This document shows positions 27,401 through 37,649 of a DNA stretch of 64,000 nucleotides, piece by piece. The stretch comes from Eukaryota sp. GEM-RC1 (Eukaryota): NCBI GenBank assembly GCA_040285855.1, contig JAUFOQ010000001.1, positions 992,001 through 1,056,000 on the forward strand, given 5' to 3'. Under the pieces are notes generated by a model, which was given only the letters and a program-made list of their open reading frames with translations, did no database searches and was not told where the DNA came from. Position 1 is the first letter of the stretch; each line of letters opens with the position of its first letter. The translations under genes and the position numbers were made by a program.

Positions 27401-28020
27401 GACAATATCTTTGAATATAGAAGCTTTTCTCTGGAGTCATTTGGACCTTCGTTTGTTAATCATTTATCGTTTATTTCCTTTTCTGCTTCAAGCGTTTCCT
27501 GTCTAGCTGTTGACTACTCCAGAATTGAGTGTGATTTGACTGATCCTAATGTATTTGATTCTCAACTTGATGATCCCGACTTCTTTTCCCTTTACATTTC
27601 AGTTGATTCGACTAATTCTAATGATATTCGCACAATTGAGTTGGTTACTCCTCGTCGAGTTGTTCTTGGAATGAATCAAGATTTAAGTTCCTCAAACACA
27701 ACTCTTTCTTTTTCGAGAAAGAATGTGTGATAACTGAAGAAGAGTTTAATATTCAGTTATCACATTATGTTCCAAAGCCCCCAGGGCCATTCCCCGGGTC
27801 CAGTGGGGGGATGTTTGTTTTGATTGTGATTATTGTTACTATTGGTGTGGCTTTTGCAGGTTTTATTGTTGCAAAGAAAGTTTTTTTGAAGAATCGTCAG
27901 GCTGATGTTGAGGATCCTGTCTTCATGCAATCTATTAGAGTTTATCCAACTCTGTCTGTAGTTCCAGGAACAGGTGCTGACTGCAATGAAGTATACCTTC
28001 CAAATGCAATCATTGATTAA
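24433..28020 (+). CDS. ~1190-aa type I membrane/surface protein of unknown family (signal peptide, beta-rich ectodomain, one TM helix); three apparent frameshifts
   Basis: Signal-like MLLHLLLLAVVVSVSS; abutting ORFs 24397-25125, 25131-26171, 26168-27730, 27727-28020; Pro linker, then TM MFVLIVIIVTIGVAFAGFIVA followed by KK. Confidence 0.75.
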
Positions 28021-28599
28021 AGTAGAGATCAGAAGATCTTTGTTACTATTAGAATCTCTGTACTGTAGTTATAAAGACACCACAATATCATTGTTATACT
28101 TTTGTATTTAGTGACACCATAGCTTTGAAATTTAGTAAAGGCTTTAGGGCTAAAGATTATACACGTAAGGAATGTTCTTTTTATAGATTTGGATTTCGAT
28201 TAAATCTTATTGTTGAGTATTTTATTAGACTCAGTCTCCAGTTTCTAAATTTCAGTATTAAAAGATTCCAGTTTGTTAATGATATCAGTTTGATGTTACA
28301 CCTGAATTTTGACAATTTGATTATAAAGTATAAAGAGTCCATTTTTTTATAGTTTAAAGAGTAGTATTTGAAACTACAATCTCCGAGGCTGATGAAAACT
28401 ATACAGAAGTCAACTAGTAGTAGTTGAACACATCTTGAATCAGTATTTTAGACAACTTCTCAAGATACTTGAAAAAATAGAAGAAACTGGACTTAATGAA
28501 TCTGTATGTCGTCTTCTTTTCTCTGAACGGTTTTTGTCAAGTTGAATTGGATCTATTAAAGTACAATTACGACATTCTGTAATTCAACTACCAACAGTA

Positions 28600-29314
28600 G
28601 GGGCGGGCTAAAAACGTGAAAAAAATTGCTAAAAAGGTGAAATTAATCGTATGTATTTCATTTGACTAACTAGGTGAAAATAAAGCTAACTACAGAGCTA
28701 CATGTAGGTGAAAAATCGATCGTCAACAACAACTTTAAAGGTGTACGGTCTACTTCATTGTTGCATCTCCAGTACATTCATGTACTTAAGCTGTGCAAAT
28801 CAATGTCATAATCCAGAGCACCTTAATTGTAATTTCGTTGCAAGTAAAGGGCCTTTATTGTTATACATCAGGGATCTTAAAGACATCAAGCTCCTGTTCT
28901 GTAGAGATAACGAAAAGAACAGATGCATGTGCGTAAATGGACTCAGTTTATAACTAGGTTGACAGTTCATGTTCTCAGACCAGGTGAAAGTACTGCTACA
29001 CAAATAATGACCTACACGTCACTTCCAAATGAGCTTGGTAATACCTCGATTAAAGAAAGTAAAGCAGTGCAAGACCCGATTCATTTCGAGAATCACAGAT
29101 AAACGCTGCACACAAGAAAGCTGAATCGGGTTGAAGTTCTTCCTCTCCAAGGATCTTGACAACATATAGGATGATTGTCTTGAAGATCATGTTGGTGATA
29201 TGATGTCCAAGAGATGTCAAAACTGGCTCATGATGTTGTAGCAAAGTTGTGTATGGTATCTTCAAAGTAAGAGTTTCATTTTTAGCAATTAATTTCACCT
29301 TTTTAGCCGATCTT
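28600..29314. mobile_element. Non-autonomous Mutator(MULE)-like DNA transposon
   Basis: Imperfect ~36-bp TIRs (GGCTAAAAACGTGAAAAAAATTGCTAAAAA vs reverse complement GGCTAAAAAGGTGAAATTAATTGCTAAAAA), flanked by the direct repeat (T)ACCAACAGTA at 28589-28599 and 29314-29324 (9-11 bp TSD). Confidence 0.75.
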
Positions 29315-29718
29315 ACCAACAGTATTGATTGTTAATGTGAACGTTTAAGGAAAACAAATACCATAATAATAGTGTTCATAAATGCATAAACGTCAAATGA
29401 CAATTTTTGATGTGTTCTTCTCGAATTAGTTTCAACATTCATAAACTAATTTGAATTACTGATTTAAACTTCAATTTATCGACAACAAAACATGTTACTT
29501 CTTTTCTCTTAACAGCTCCACATGGATCTTACAACGTTTTTGAGATCTAAATGTATTTTCAAAAATTGCTACAGTTGAATCTGAACAAGTCTTTGTCAGT
29601 GTCGAATAGTATTAAATGGAAGATGTTAGTATCATGTACATCACTTAAGTCATAAAAGAAAGACATATACAGAAACAATTTTAATACATACTACTACGAT
29701 AAATCATAAACACAATCA

Positions 29719-30633
29719 TCACTTCCGTTTTCGTTGCAATCTTCGTTTCTTCGATGGTCCATTCTTCTTCCGTTTCTGTTTGGGTTTAGGCATCTTCTTA
29801 GGTCCAGTACGTTCCCCATCCATCACGTGACTCATCATTTCCATCTCTAAGTAGGGATCACCCATTCCTAATTCAGTTAGATTCCCCATCAAAATATCCT
29901 CTTCTAAATCGTCAGAGTCTTTTAGGTAGCTTAAAGGAAAGAAAGTTTGCTTTGTAGCGGGATGTATAACAGCTTGTTCAGCATAGAAGCCAATAATCTC
30001 AGAAATTGAGGGGGGAGATGAACAAGATGAAGGATCTCTAAAATCCCAATAATCTTCTAGTTCTGATATGTGCGGAATGACGTGTTTTCTGAAGCTACCC
30101 CTAAATGACCGTATAACTGCAATCAAAACGTCATCTGATTCAGAGGATTCGTCATCATCATAATAGTCATCATCATCATCTTCTACAAAGATCATAAAAC
30201 CAATGTCTTTAATAAAGTCACAGTTTGAGGTTTTGCTAACAATGTACCAAAGTCTGAGAAGGATTTCAGTGTAATAGCTTATAGCTACATTAACAGGATT
30301 CTCTGATGATCCTGGCATTAGAGGATCTATGACTGATAGGTATTCGACGGTGACAACAAGGGAATTGTCATGGAGAGAAATATCACGGCAGAGAAAGTTT
30401 TGTTCTACAATGTAATCGATCCAAACTTTGAGAGCAGATACTAGGTCTTGTTGTTCAGTGATTTGGGTGTGGACAACTTCCATCCAGCGAGAATGCAAGT
30501 CTATTGGGCGTTTGTAAGACTCACTGATAGCAGCAGAGAAGTCCTTAACGTTCATAGCAGAGAGCAAGACTGAACATGGTGGTGGAGGAGTATAGTTGTT
30601 CACCTCTTTAAGAGTATCCAGAAGAAACTGCAT
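29719..30633 (-). CDS. Hypothetical ~304-aa protein with an acidic tract and a strongly basic C-terminal tail (likely nuclear/nucleolar)
   Basis: Uninterrupted ORF; EDDDDDYYDDDESSESDD; ends PKKMPKPKQKRKKNGPSKKRRLQRKRK. Confidence 0.7.
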   Translation of the reverse strand: MQFLLDTLKEVNNYTPPPPCSVLLSAMNVKDFSAAISESYKRPIDLHSRWMEVVHTQITEQQDLVSALKVWIDYIVEQNFLCRDISLHDNSLVVTVEYLSVIDPLMPGSSENPVNVAISYYTEILLRLWYIVSKTSNCDFIKDIGFMIFVEDDDDDYYDDDESSESDDVLIAVIRSFRGSFRKHVIPHISELEDYWDFRDPSSCSSPPSISEIIGFYAEQAVIHPATKQTFFPLSYLKDSDDLEEDILMGNLTELGMGDPYLEMEMMSHVMDGERTGPKKMPKPKQKRKKNGPSKKRRLQRKRK

Positions 30634-31151
30634 CGGAATAAAGAAGATACATGTAGTCTTGAGAGAAAAACACAAGTGACATGTGACAGATTAGGACAAG
30701 GGAGATTCAGACTTTTGAAGAATTGTGGATGTCACAATGTATCTGATTCAGGATCAGATGGATGAGTCTATTGATGTAATTATTAGACCTTGGAATCGGA
30801 TCAACTTCGGATCGGATAATCCGATCGGATTTCTCGGATCGGAGCGATTTTCTGGGTTTTGCCCGGATTCGGATTCGGATCGGATTTATCCTACCAGATC
30901 CGAAAAATCCGATCGGATTTTTAATGATTATGGTATTATTGTGGACGCAAAATACATCTGATTACTGTACAAATACTAATAAAGATATATTGGTGACTTT
31001 TAGTTATTATTTTTACAAAAACAATTATTTCACTGTAGTGATCATAAACCCCGTTTTTTGACTAATATCACACAGTATTTAAAAACGATTGATTTGAAAG
31101 GATGACAGTTGAGTATGAATCAAGTAAATTCGGTAACTACATCTGTTTCAA

Positions 31152-33271
31152 ATGTCTTACTATTCCGATGTAGACGTCCTCTCGGATTCTGTCACCAATA
31201 ACAGCGAAGTCCTTCTATCATCCTCCTCTGAAGATACTCTATCTGAAATCGATAACCAACCTTCCCCAACTCTTAATTCTTCCTCCTGGATCCTCACCAA
31301 ACGAGGAAGACGCTTCAACAGATTCCCTCTATGAAAAGAAAACTGGCCATCGGCAGTGCTCTTTGAAGAAACTCCCAGAGGGGAAACGAAGTAGAGTATA
31401 CTTGTTCATTCATACTCTTTCTTCTGGGGAAGAACGTGTTCCAAGTGGGGCAACCAGACTGGAACAGTGAGAGTTCTGATCATCCGACTACCACAAGAAC
31501 GATTGGAAAACACCTGGATGATTGTTGTCCAGAATGGAGTAACGAATTGTCCTGTAAAACCGAAAGCAGCAAAACTGCATCTCTGTTGAACTATTATAAT
31601 GTTGTTCCCCACGTTTCCCAACAGGAAAAGCAATCCCAAATGATTGGGTTAATTTTAGATTTTATTGTACAAACCTATCAGCCCTTGGCAATTATCGAAA
31701 ATGAATCATTTAAAAAAAATGTTAAGTGGCTTGAATTTAAATTTGAAACTTTACTGTCAGAAGACAATGAAGAAATGCTTATTCCAATTTAATAGTTTTC
31801 TTCAAAGAACTCAATGTAAAGGTTTCTCTGACTGTTGATATTTGGAGTTCCCGATCTTTGCACTCATACTTAGGAGTTACTCTGCACTATGCTGGTAAAA
31901 ACAATTTAAAATCTATCCCCTTGGATGTTTTCGCTATGTCTGATGAGACTATCAATGGCGAATGTATTCGAAATTCAATTCAGCAAGTTATTGATGATTA
32001 TGAATTGACTAATTGCGTTCTAGCAATTACTACTGATTGTGCAGCAAACATGAGATGTGGCATTCCTGATGGCATACTTCATCGACTGTGTGCTGCCCAC
32101 GTAATCAACATTGTTGTCCAAAGTGGCTTGGATCGTGTAAATCAAACGTTACCAAAAGTGTTGAAGTTTGTGAAGAAATCCCACAAGTCACCAAAATTGT
32201 TGAGACTTTTGAAACTAGCAGCAGAAGCTGGAAATTTACGGTTCAAAAAATTCCAACATCAGTCAAAACTAGGTGGAACTCAACGTTTGACATGATTTCA
32301 GGCTATTTCCTTCAACTCGAACTCATTAACAGTGTGCTTGATGTTAGTCCAGACCTACAAATGTTGAAGCTAACCGAAACTGAGCAGGGTTTCTTAGATA
32401 ATCTAATACCCTTTCTTGAGCGATTCAAAGTGATAACTGAAGAACTATCTTTTGAAAAAGGGTGACCGCTGGACATTCATCCATACTTGTTTTTTCTATT
32501 ATCTCACTGATTGAAACAACACTTGCAAATGCAAATCTGGTATGTCTGCACCCAATTGCAGAGGCAATGTTGGAAAAGGTGAACAAATACTCCACTAGTA
32601 TTTTGGATGAAACTGCTTTTCTTGTGGCCACTTTGGATCCTCGAATCAAACACTCGAGCTTATTACCCGGTATATTAACAACATCTAGTAACTATGAAAA
32701 ACTGCACGCACTTTTTGACCAGTACAATACTGTTCGTATAGCTAGAAGGTCTAATGATCAAGCAAGAGCACCATCTTTATTAGGACAATTGGCTGGAGAA
32801 AAGAGAAGAATAGGGGGTAGTGAAGACGACAATGAGCAAGTGCAGGAAAGAGTGGAACTAAATCAGTTTCTTGTCTTTCCATGTATTCATCCTGATGATG
32901 AGGGTTCAGATCCATTAATTTGGTGGAAGTGTTGACTATACCGTCAAATGGAGTACTAGTATCAGAGAAAAATAATGACATAGGTTTATTGAGACGGAGA
33001 TAAGTAAAATCTATAAAGTAAAATATAAAAATAAACAACAGAAGAGAAATGAAACCACTTATACAACACTTGCTAGAATCTTCTTCGATTATTGCTCAAT
33101 ACAGGCATCGTCTGTACCATGTGAAAGACTCTTTTCCCGTGCTGGGTTAATTGTATCCGAAAAAGAGCTTCGCTCAAATGTGACACAGTTCAAGTTTTGG
33201 TTTTACTCAATTCATGGACAAAACTTGGATTTATGGCTGATGATGGACTTTTTCCCAATGATGATAATTAG
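31152..33271 (+). pseudogene. hAT transposase, disrupted
   Basis: Motifs SLTVDIWSS, SYLGVTLH, ITTDCAANM, CAAHVINIVV, TRWNSTFDM, ATLDPR, and DPLIWWK|RNETTY...QASSVPCERLFSRAG (hAT dimerisation domain); frameshifts plus a 111-bp insertion. Confidence 0.9.
32930..33040. mobile_element. 111-bp solo-LTR-like (or Ginger-like) insertion in the hAT transposase
   Basis: Starts TGTTG, ends CAACA, with a 4-bp TSD GAAG (32926-32929, 33041-33044); removing it plus one TSD restores WWK-RNETTY. Confidence 0.85.
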
Positions 33272-33768
33272 TGTTGCTGTTTGACTAATAAATCTTAATT
33301 CAATTTTGTTATTCATTTTTTCAGTAAAGACAGATTCAATGAAATGTATTAGGTAAAAAATGGTAAATCCGATCGGATTTTTCGGATCGGATTCGGATAT
33401 TGAACACCAGGATTCGGATCGGATTCAGATTTCGATCAGTCGGATTCGGATCGGATCGGATTTGAGATAAAAAATCCGATTCCAAGGTCTAGTAATTATT
33501 CATCTTCAATACGTCAACTGTGTAAACATTATGTAATTCAACACTTGTGGAATGTATTTAGATTAAACTAGTCTTGATCCTTCTCCATTATTTGATTACC
33601 ATTGTTTTAACGAACTAAAGGCATTACATGGTGCTCAACAGACAATTCGACAGAAAAATTGAAACATTGTTGGGCTGATTAATCATCATTTCAATTTTGA
33701 TCCTCATCCGAATCAATTGATGAAGTAAAAATTCACGTAGGAGTACGAAGTTGATTTTGTGTTGAAAG

Positions 33769-35172
33769 CAGGGGTTTGAAATATGGCATGGGCCATATTA
33801 TGGATTGTGTCCAAATCATTTGCCGCCATAATGGCCATAATCAATTACGCTTCCCATACTTATGGCCATTATGGACCCCATAACAACAACAACAATACAG
33901 CTTTATTTTTAATACAAAATAACAAGGAATCACACCTTATATAACATATCTGAAGCTCCAATCTATAATAACCTCTTCTTCATCATTGTCATCTCTCAAA
34001 ATGAATAAAACAGTTTCCTGATCCCACTGGTCTTTGTGAATCAATAAAACAAAAGCTGCCTTTCAAGATTTGCATTAGTTAGAGAAGAACCATAGCAAAA
34101 CCATTAGCTGTCGCGCACGACTGAAGAGTCGTTCGACTGGTTTGGGTATACTGTCACCTGTTGAAATGGGAAACACTGACTTCTCACTTCCTTCTACACA
34201 ACTTACAATAATTAGTGTAAGTGAAACTAATTGTTGCAAAAACTGATGGGAAATACTTTTGGCTACAAATAGTGTAACTTTCGAAAAACTGTGTAGTTTG
34301 TTCTTCGTATTTGCTATATTCTCGACCAACTGAATCACTGGCTTTTACCTCTTGACCTTCTTCTACTGAGGCCCAAACTTGACGACGATCAGTAACTTGG
34401 TCAAGACTCGGTATTCGAGCCTTCTGTTTTGGGGGAGGTTGGATAGTGTGTTAAGATAATTAACTGACAACAATAATACAACAATGTAAAGTAAGATATG
34501 AAATTGAAGCCCCAAGGGTTGTCCATATAAGCCCCATCTTAAAATCGGCTACTATTACGTGGGGGCTACTATTACGTGGTGGGGCTTCTCTCTATAAGCC
34601 CCTCACCAAATCATGTTCTGAAGTCTCAGTTGTATCGCATGTAGTGTATTCAATGTCAAAAACAATAAAAACAGTTACTCATCAACAACTTAAGAATGAA
34701 AGTAAGAGAAACAGTTAATCGTCTTTTTGAATAAATCTTTGAACCGATTAATAAAGATCGATACTTATAAATTATTTATACCCAGGGGCTACTATTACGT
34801 GGTGGGGCCTCTCCGTATAAGCCCCATCCAAAAATCGGCCACTATTGCGTGGGGGCCACTATTACGTGGAGGGGCTTCAATTTCATATTTTATTTTATTT
34901 CCACTCAATCTAGTAAAATTCATCAACAGTTTTTGTCAAGGAATATATTTTATAAGTTTTACCTAACACAGAACCCTAAAATCCACTGTTTAAATGTATT
35001 TATTACTACTGTTTCCACATAAGTTGGTCAATTGAAATATAGAAATTATGGACCCCCATATATGGCCATGATATGGGACGACTAGCCATAATTGATTTTG
35101 ACGTTCCATACTTATGGTATGGCCATTATGGGGAATTATGGATATGGGTCCATGCCATATTTCAAACCCCTG
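33769..35172. mobile_element. Non-autonomous hAT element, second family (1404 bp)
   Basis: Perfect 23-bp TIR CAGGGGTTTGAAATATGGCATGG; 8-bp TSD GTTGAAAG (33761-33768, 35173-35180); TATGG/CCATA subterminal repeats; minus-strand remnant VERLFSRARQL. Confidence 0.95.
34496..34888. mobile_element. Nested MITE-like inverted-repeat element
   Basis: ATATGAAATTGAAGCCCC (34496-34513) and its exact reverse complement (34871-34888); internal repeats of CTACTATTACGTGG(T)GGGGC; no clear TSD. Confidence 0.7.
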
Positions 35173-35266
35173 GTTGAAAGATAATTCTGACTTACAGAAT
35201 TCTACTAACTAATTTACAGTTCAGTAAAAGATCACGTAAAACTCAAAGATTTCAAAAACACACCGC

Positions 35267-37207
35267 ATGTCTTTGTTCCAAGGGCTCCAGACAAGTGTAC
35301 GGCCGTTACTGGACAAGATTGACAATGCACGAAGTGTGTTGCAAGAGGGCAACGTGACTGATATCAATTTGCCCTCAATCGTGGTTATTGGAGATCAAGT
35401 TTGTTGTAACCAATTGATTGATCTTAGTCTGCTGGTAAGTCCTCTGTGGTTGAGGCGTTGTGTGAGCTCAAGTTTCCAAAAGCATCTGGATGTTGCACCA
35501 GACTTCCCACAATTGCTCGGCTCTACAACGGAACCACAGATGAGCCGAAACTGTTTGCCTATTCAGACAAGAGGCAACGTCACGAAGTAAAGCTGAAAGA
35601 TTTGGACAAGACATTAACAGAAATGACCAACGAAATAGCTGGAGATCAGAAGAACATCGTGAATGATCCAATCTATGTAGAAATACACAAGAAGGGGCTT
35701 TATGATCTCACTCTCATTGATCTACCAGGGCTTACAAGAAATCCAGTTCGTGATCAACCTCAGGAGATCTATGAAATTGTAACAGAAATGTACATAAAGT
35801 ACATTCAAGCAGTATGTTAAATGAACAATCTAACTCCAGGAAGAAACCATCATCGCCAATGTTCACCCAGCAACAATGGACATTGCAACTTCTGACTCCC
35901 TAAGGCTTTCCCGTAAAGTAGACCCTCAAGGGATTCGAACCATTGGGATCTTCTCCCAGTGTGATTTGGCGCAGAGAGACATTGCCCCACTAATAACTGG
36001 GGAGTCTCAAGACGCCATACAATTGCTACTGGGATTCTGTGCAGTGGTTAACCCAGGAGAAAACAGTGAAATTGACTTTGCCACAGCTAGAGCAAACGAA
36101 GAACGCTTCTTCAAAAGTCACCAGGGTTTGTCAAAGCTGAGTCAAGACGTTCTTGGGATAGGATCACTGGCAAGGAAGCTTGTGGAGGTTCAGAATCGAC
36201 GTGTTTTGGAACGATTTCCGGTCATTAAAGGTAAAATCAGGCATGAATTAGCCTCTGTAAAAGAGACAATTGCTCATCTCTCTCCCCCAAGAGTTACTCC
36301 CGATGCAACCTACGACTACTTCCTCCACACAGTTCACAGAGCTAGCGAGGAGTTCATGACCCTGACCAAAGAAGGGACTGTGGTGAAAGAACTCAATGTG
36401 AAAGCTAGAATGCATGAGGTGTTTGAAAAGGGTTTCGATCAGCTACTGAAAGTAACGGCCGAATTCCGTAGTAAAGAAATGCATGCACTCATAGAACTTC
36501 ATGTAATGGAAGGTGTTGGGCATAATCTGTCAAACTTCCTGTCATCAGCCACATTTAAAGCAATCTTCCGTCAATACTTTGAAACTCATTACAAGTCAGT
36601 TTTCAGTGAAGTCATTAACCGTAGCGCAGAATTAGTCCAACTCTTGATGAATCACTGTTGGGAGAAGGCTTTACCTGATCACACGAATGGTTGTAACCTT
36701 TTGAAAGACGTGGGGGAGGAGTTGGTAGCAGAAGTCAAGGACAAAGTCCTCAACATTTCACATGAGACGCAAGAAGCTGAGCTCTATGATCCTTACACTG
36801 TGAATCACTACTATAGTGACCTATTGAAACGTATTGAAGAAGAACTGGAAGATGCTGCAACAGTACCAAGTTTACGAGTACAAGGTCCAGGACCTGTTCA
36901 ACCTGCGGCTAAACCTCTCCCACAAACTGGAAATGAGAGACAGAATTCCATAATGAAGTATGCCATTTCACTTGAAGCATATTGGAAGGTTGTAGTGAAA
37001 TCCTATACCGATTCTGCGTTCAAAAACATCCGATATTGGTTCTTAAAGAAGTTGTTGGATATGATCAACACTGAACCGCAGAAGAGACTTTCGCGAGAGG
37101 TGATATTTCAAACATTGAAGGACGAAATGGGCTTGGAGATGAAACGCAGAAACCTTGTAGCTCGAATGGATCGTTTAGACCAAGTTTACAAGATCTTGTC
37201 TTCTTGA
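35267..37207 (+). CDS. Mx/DRP4-like dynamin-family large GTPase, 627 aa; exons 35267-35398, 35428-35811, 35840-37207
   Basis: Spliced G1 LPSIVVIGDQ|SAGKSS; G2 CTRLP; G3 LTLIDLPGLTR; DIATSDSL..SRKVDPQGIRTIG; YTVNHYY. It has a stalk and GED but no PH/PRD. N-terminal VRPLLDKID and LTRNPVRDQPQEIYE resemble Mx/plant DRP4. Confidence 0.88.
35399..35427 (+). other. 29-nt intron splitting the P-loop of the dynamin-like gene
   Basis: GTTTGTTGTAACCAATTGATTGATCTTAG; removal gives GDQSAGKSS. Confidence 0.92.
35812..35839 (+). other. 28-nt intron in the dynamin-like gene
   Basis: GTATGTTAAATGAACAATCTAACTCCAG; removal gives KYIQA|EETIIANVHP in frame. Confidence 0.92.
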
Positions 37208-37649
37208 TTAACAACTCGTACTCCTGATTGAATAAATGGTTCATTATTAGTCCCTTTATCAAAGTCTCGTTTAACGGCTCGTTACAGAAAAGAAATGTAG
37301 TGCCAACAAAACAACAGAGAACTGTACAAATACCAATATAAAGAAGTGAAGTCACAGTACATTTGAGGACGTGAACAGTCATCTTGTCAAGGGTGCTGAA
37401 AACGAATCATAGTATATAAAATTGCAAAGTCACTGTAATAATTGTTAATGCGATTATACAACTATTAATGTGAACAACAATGAATGTTTGTTATGACAAA
37501 AGCGTAAATTAATTTCTGTCATTTACTGTACTGTCAGAATATTACTTCCTGGAAACACATGATTGTTATGATATTGATCTATGATAAGTATTGATTTTAT
37601 TGACAGCATACTAGTATGTTCAAGTGCCGTAAACTAATTTCCCTTATTT

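Larger units (their letters stand above)
30784..33491 (+). mobile_element. hAT-superfamily DNA transposon, full length (2708 bp)
   Basis: Perfect 18-bp TIR TAGACCTTGGAATCGGAT (30784-30801 / 33474-33491); 8-bp TSD GTAATTAT (30776-30783, 33492-33499); clustered subterminal TCGGAT/ATCCGA motifs. Confidence 0.97.

Noticed and set aside
30795..30920. CRISPR-like or telomeric repeat arrays (TCGGAT runs; also 34528-34875 and 37665-37780)
   Set aside because: No regular repeat-spacer period and no cas genes; they are subterminal repeats of TIR transposons.
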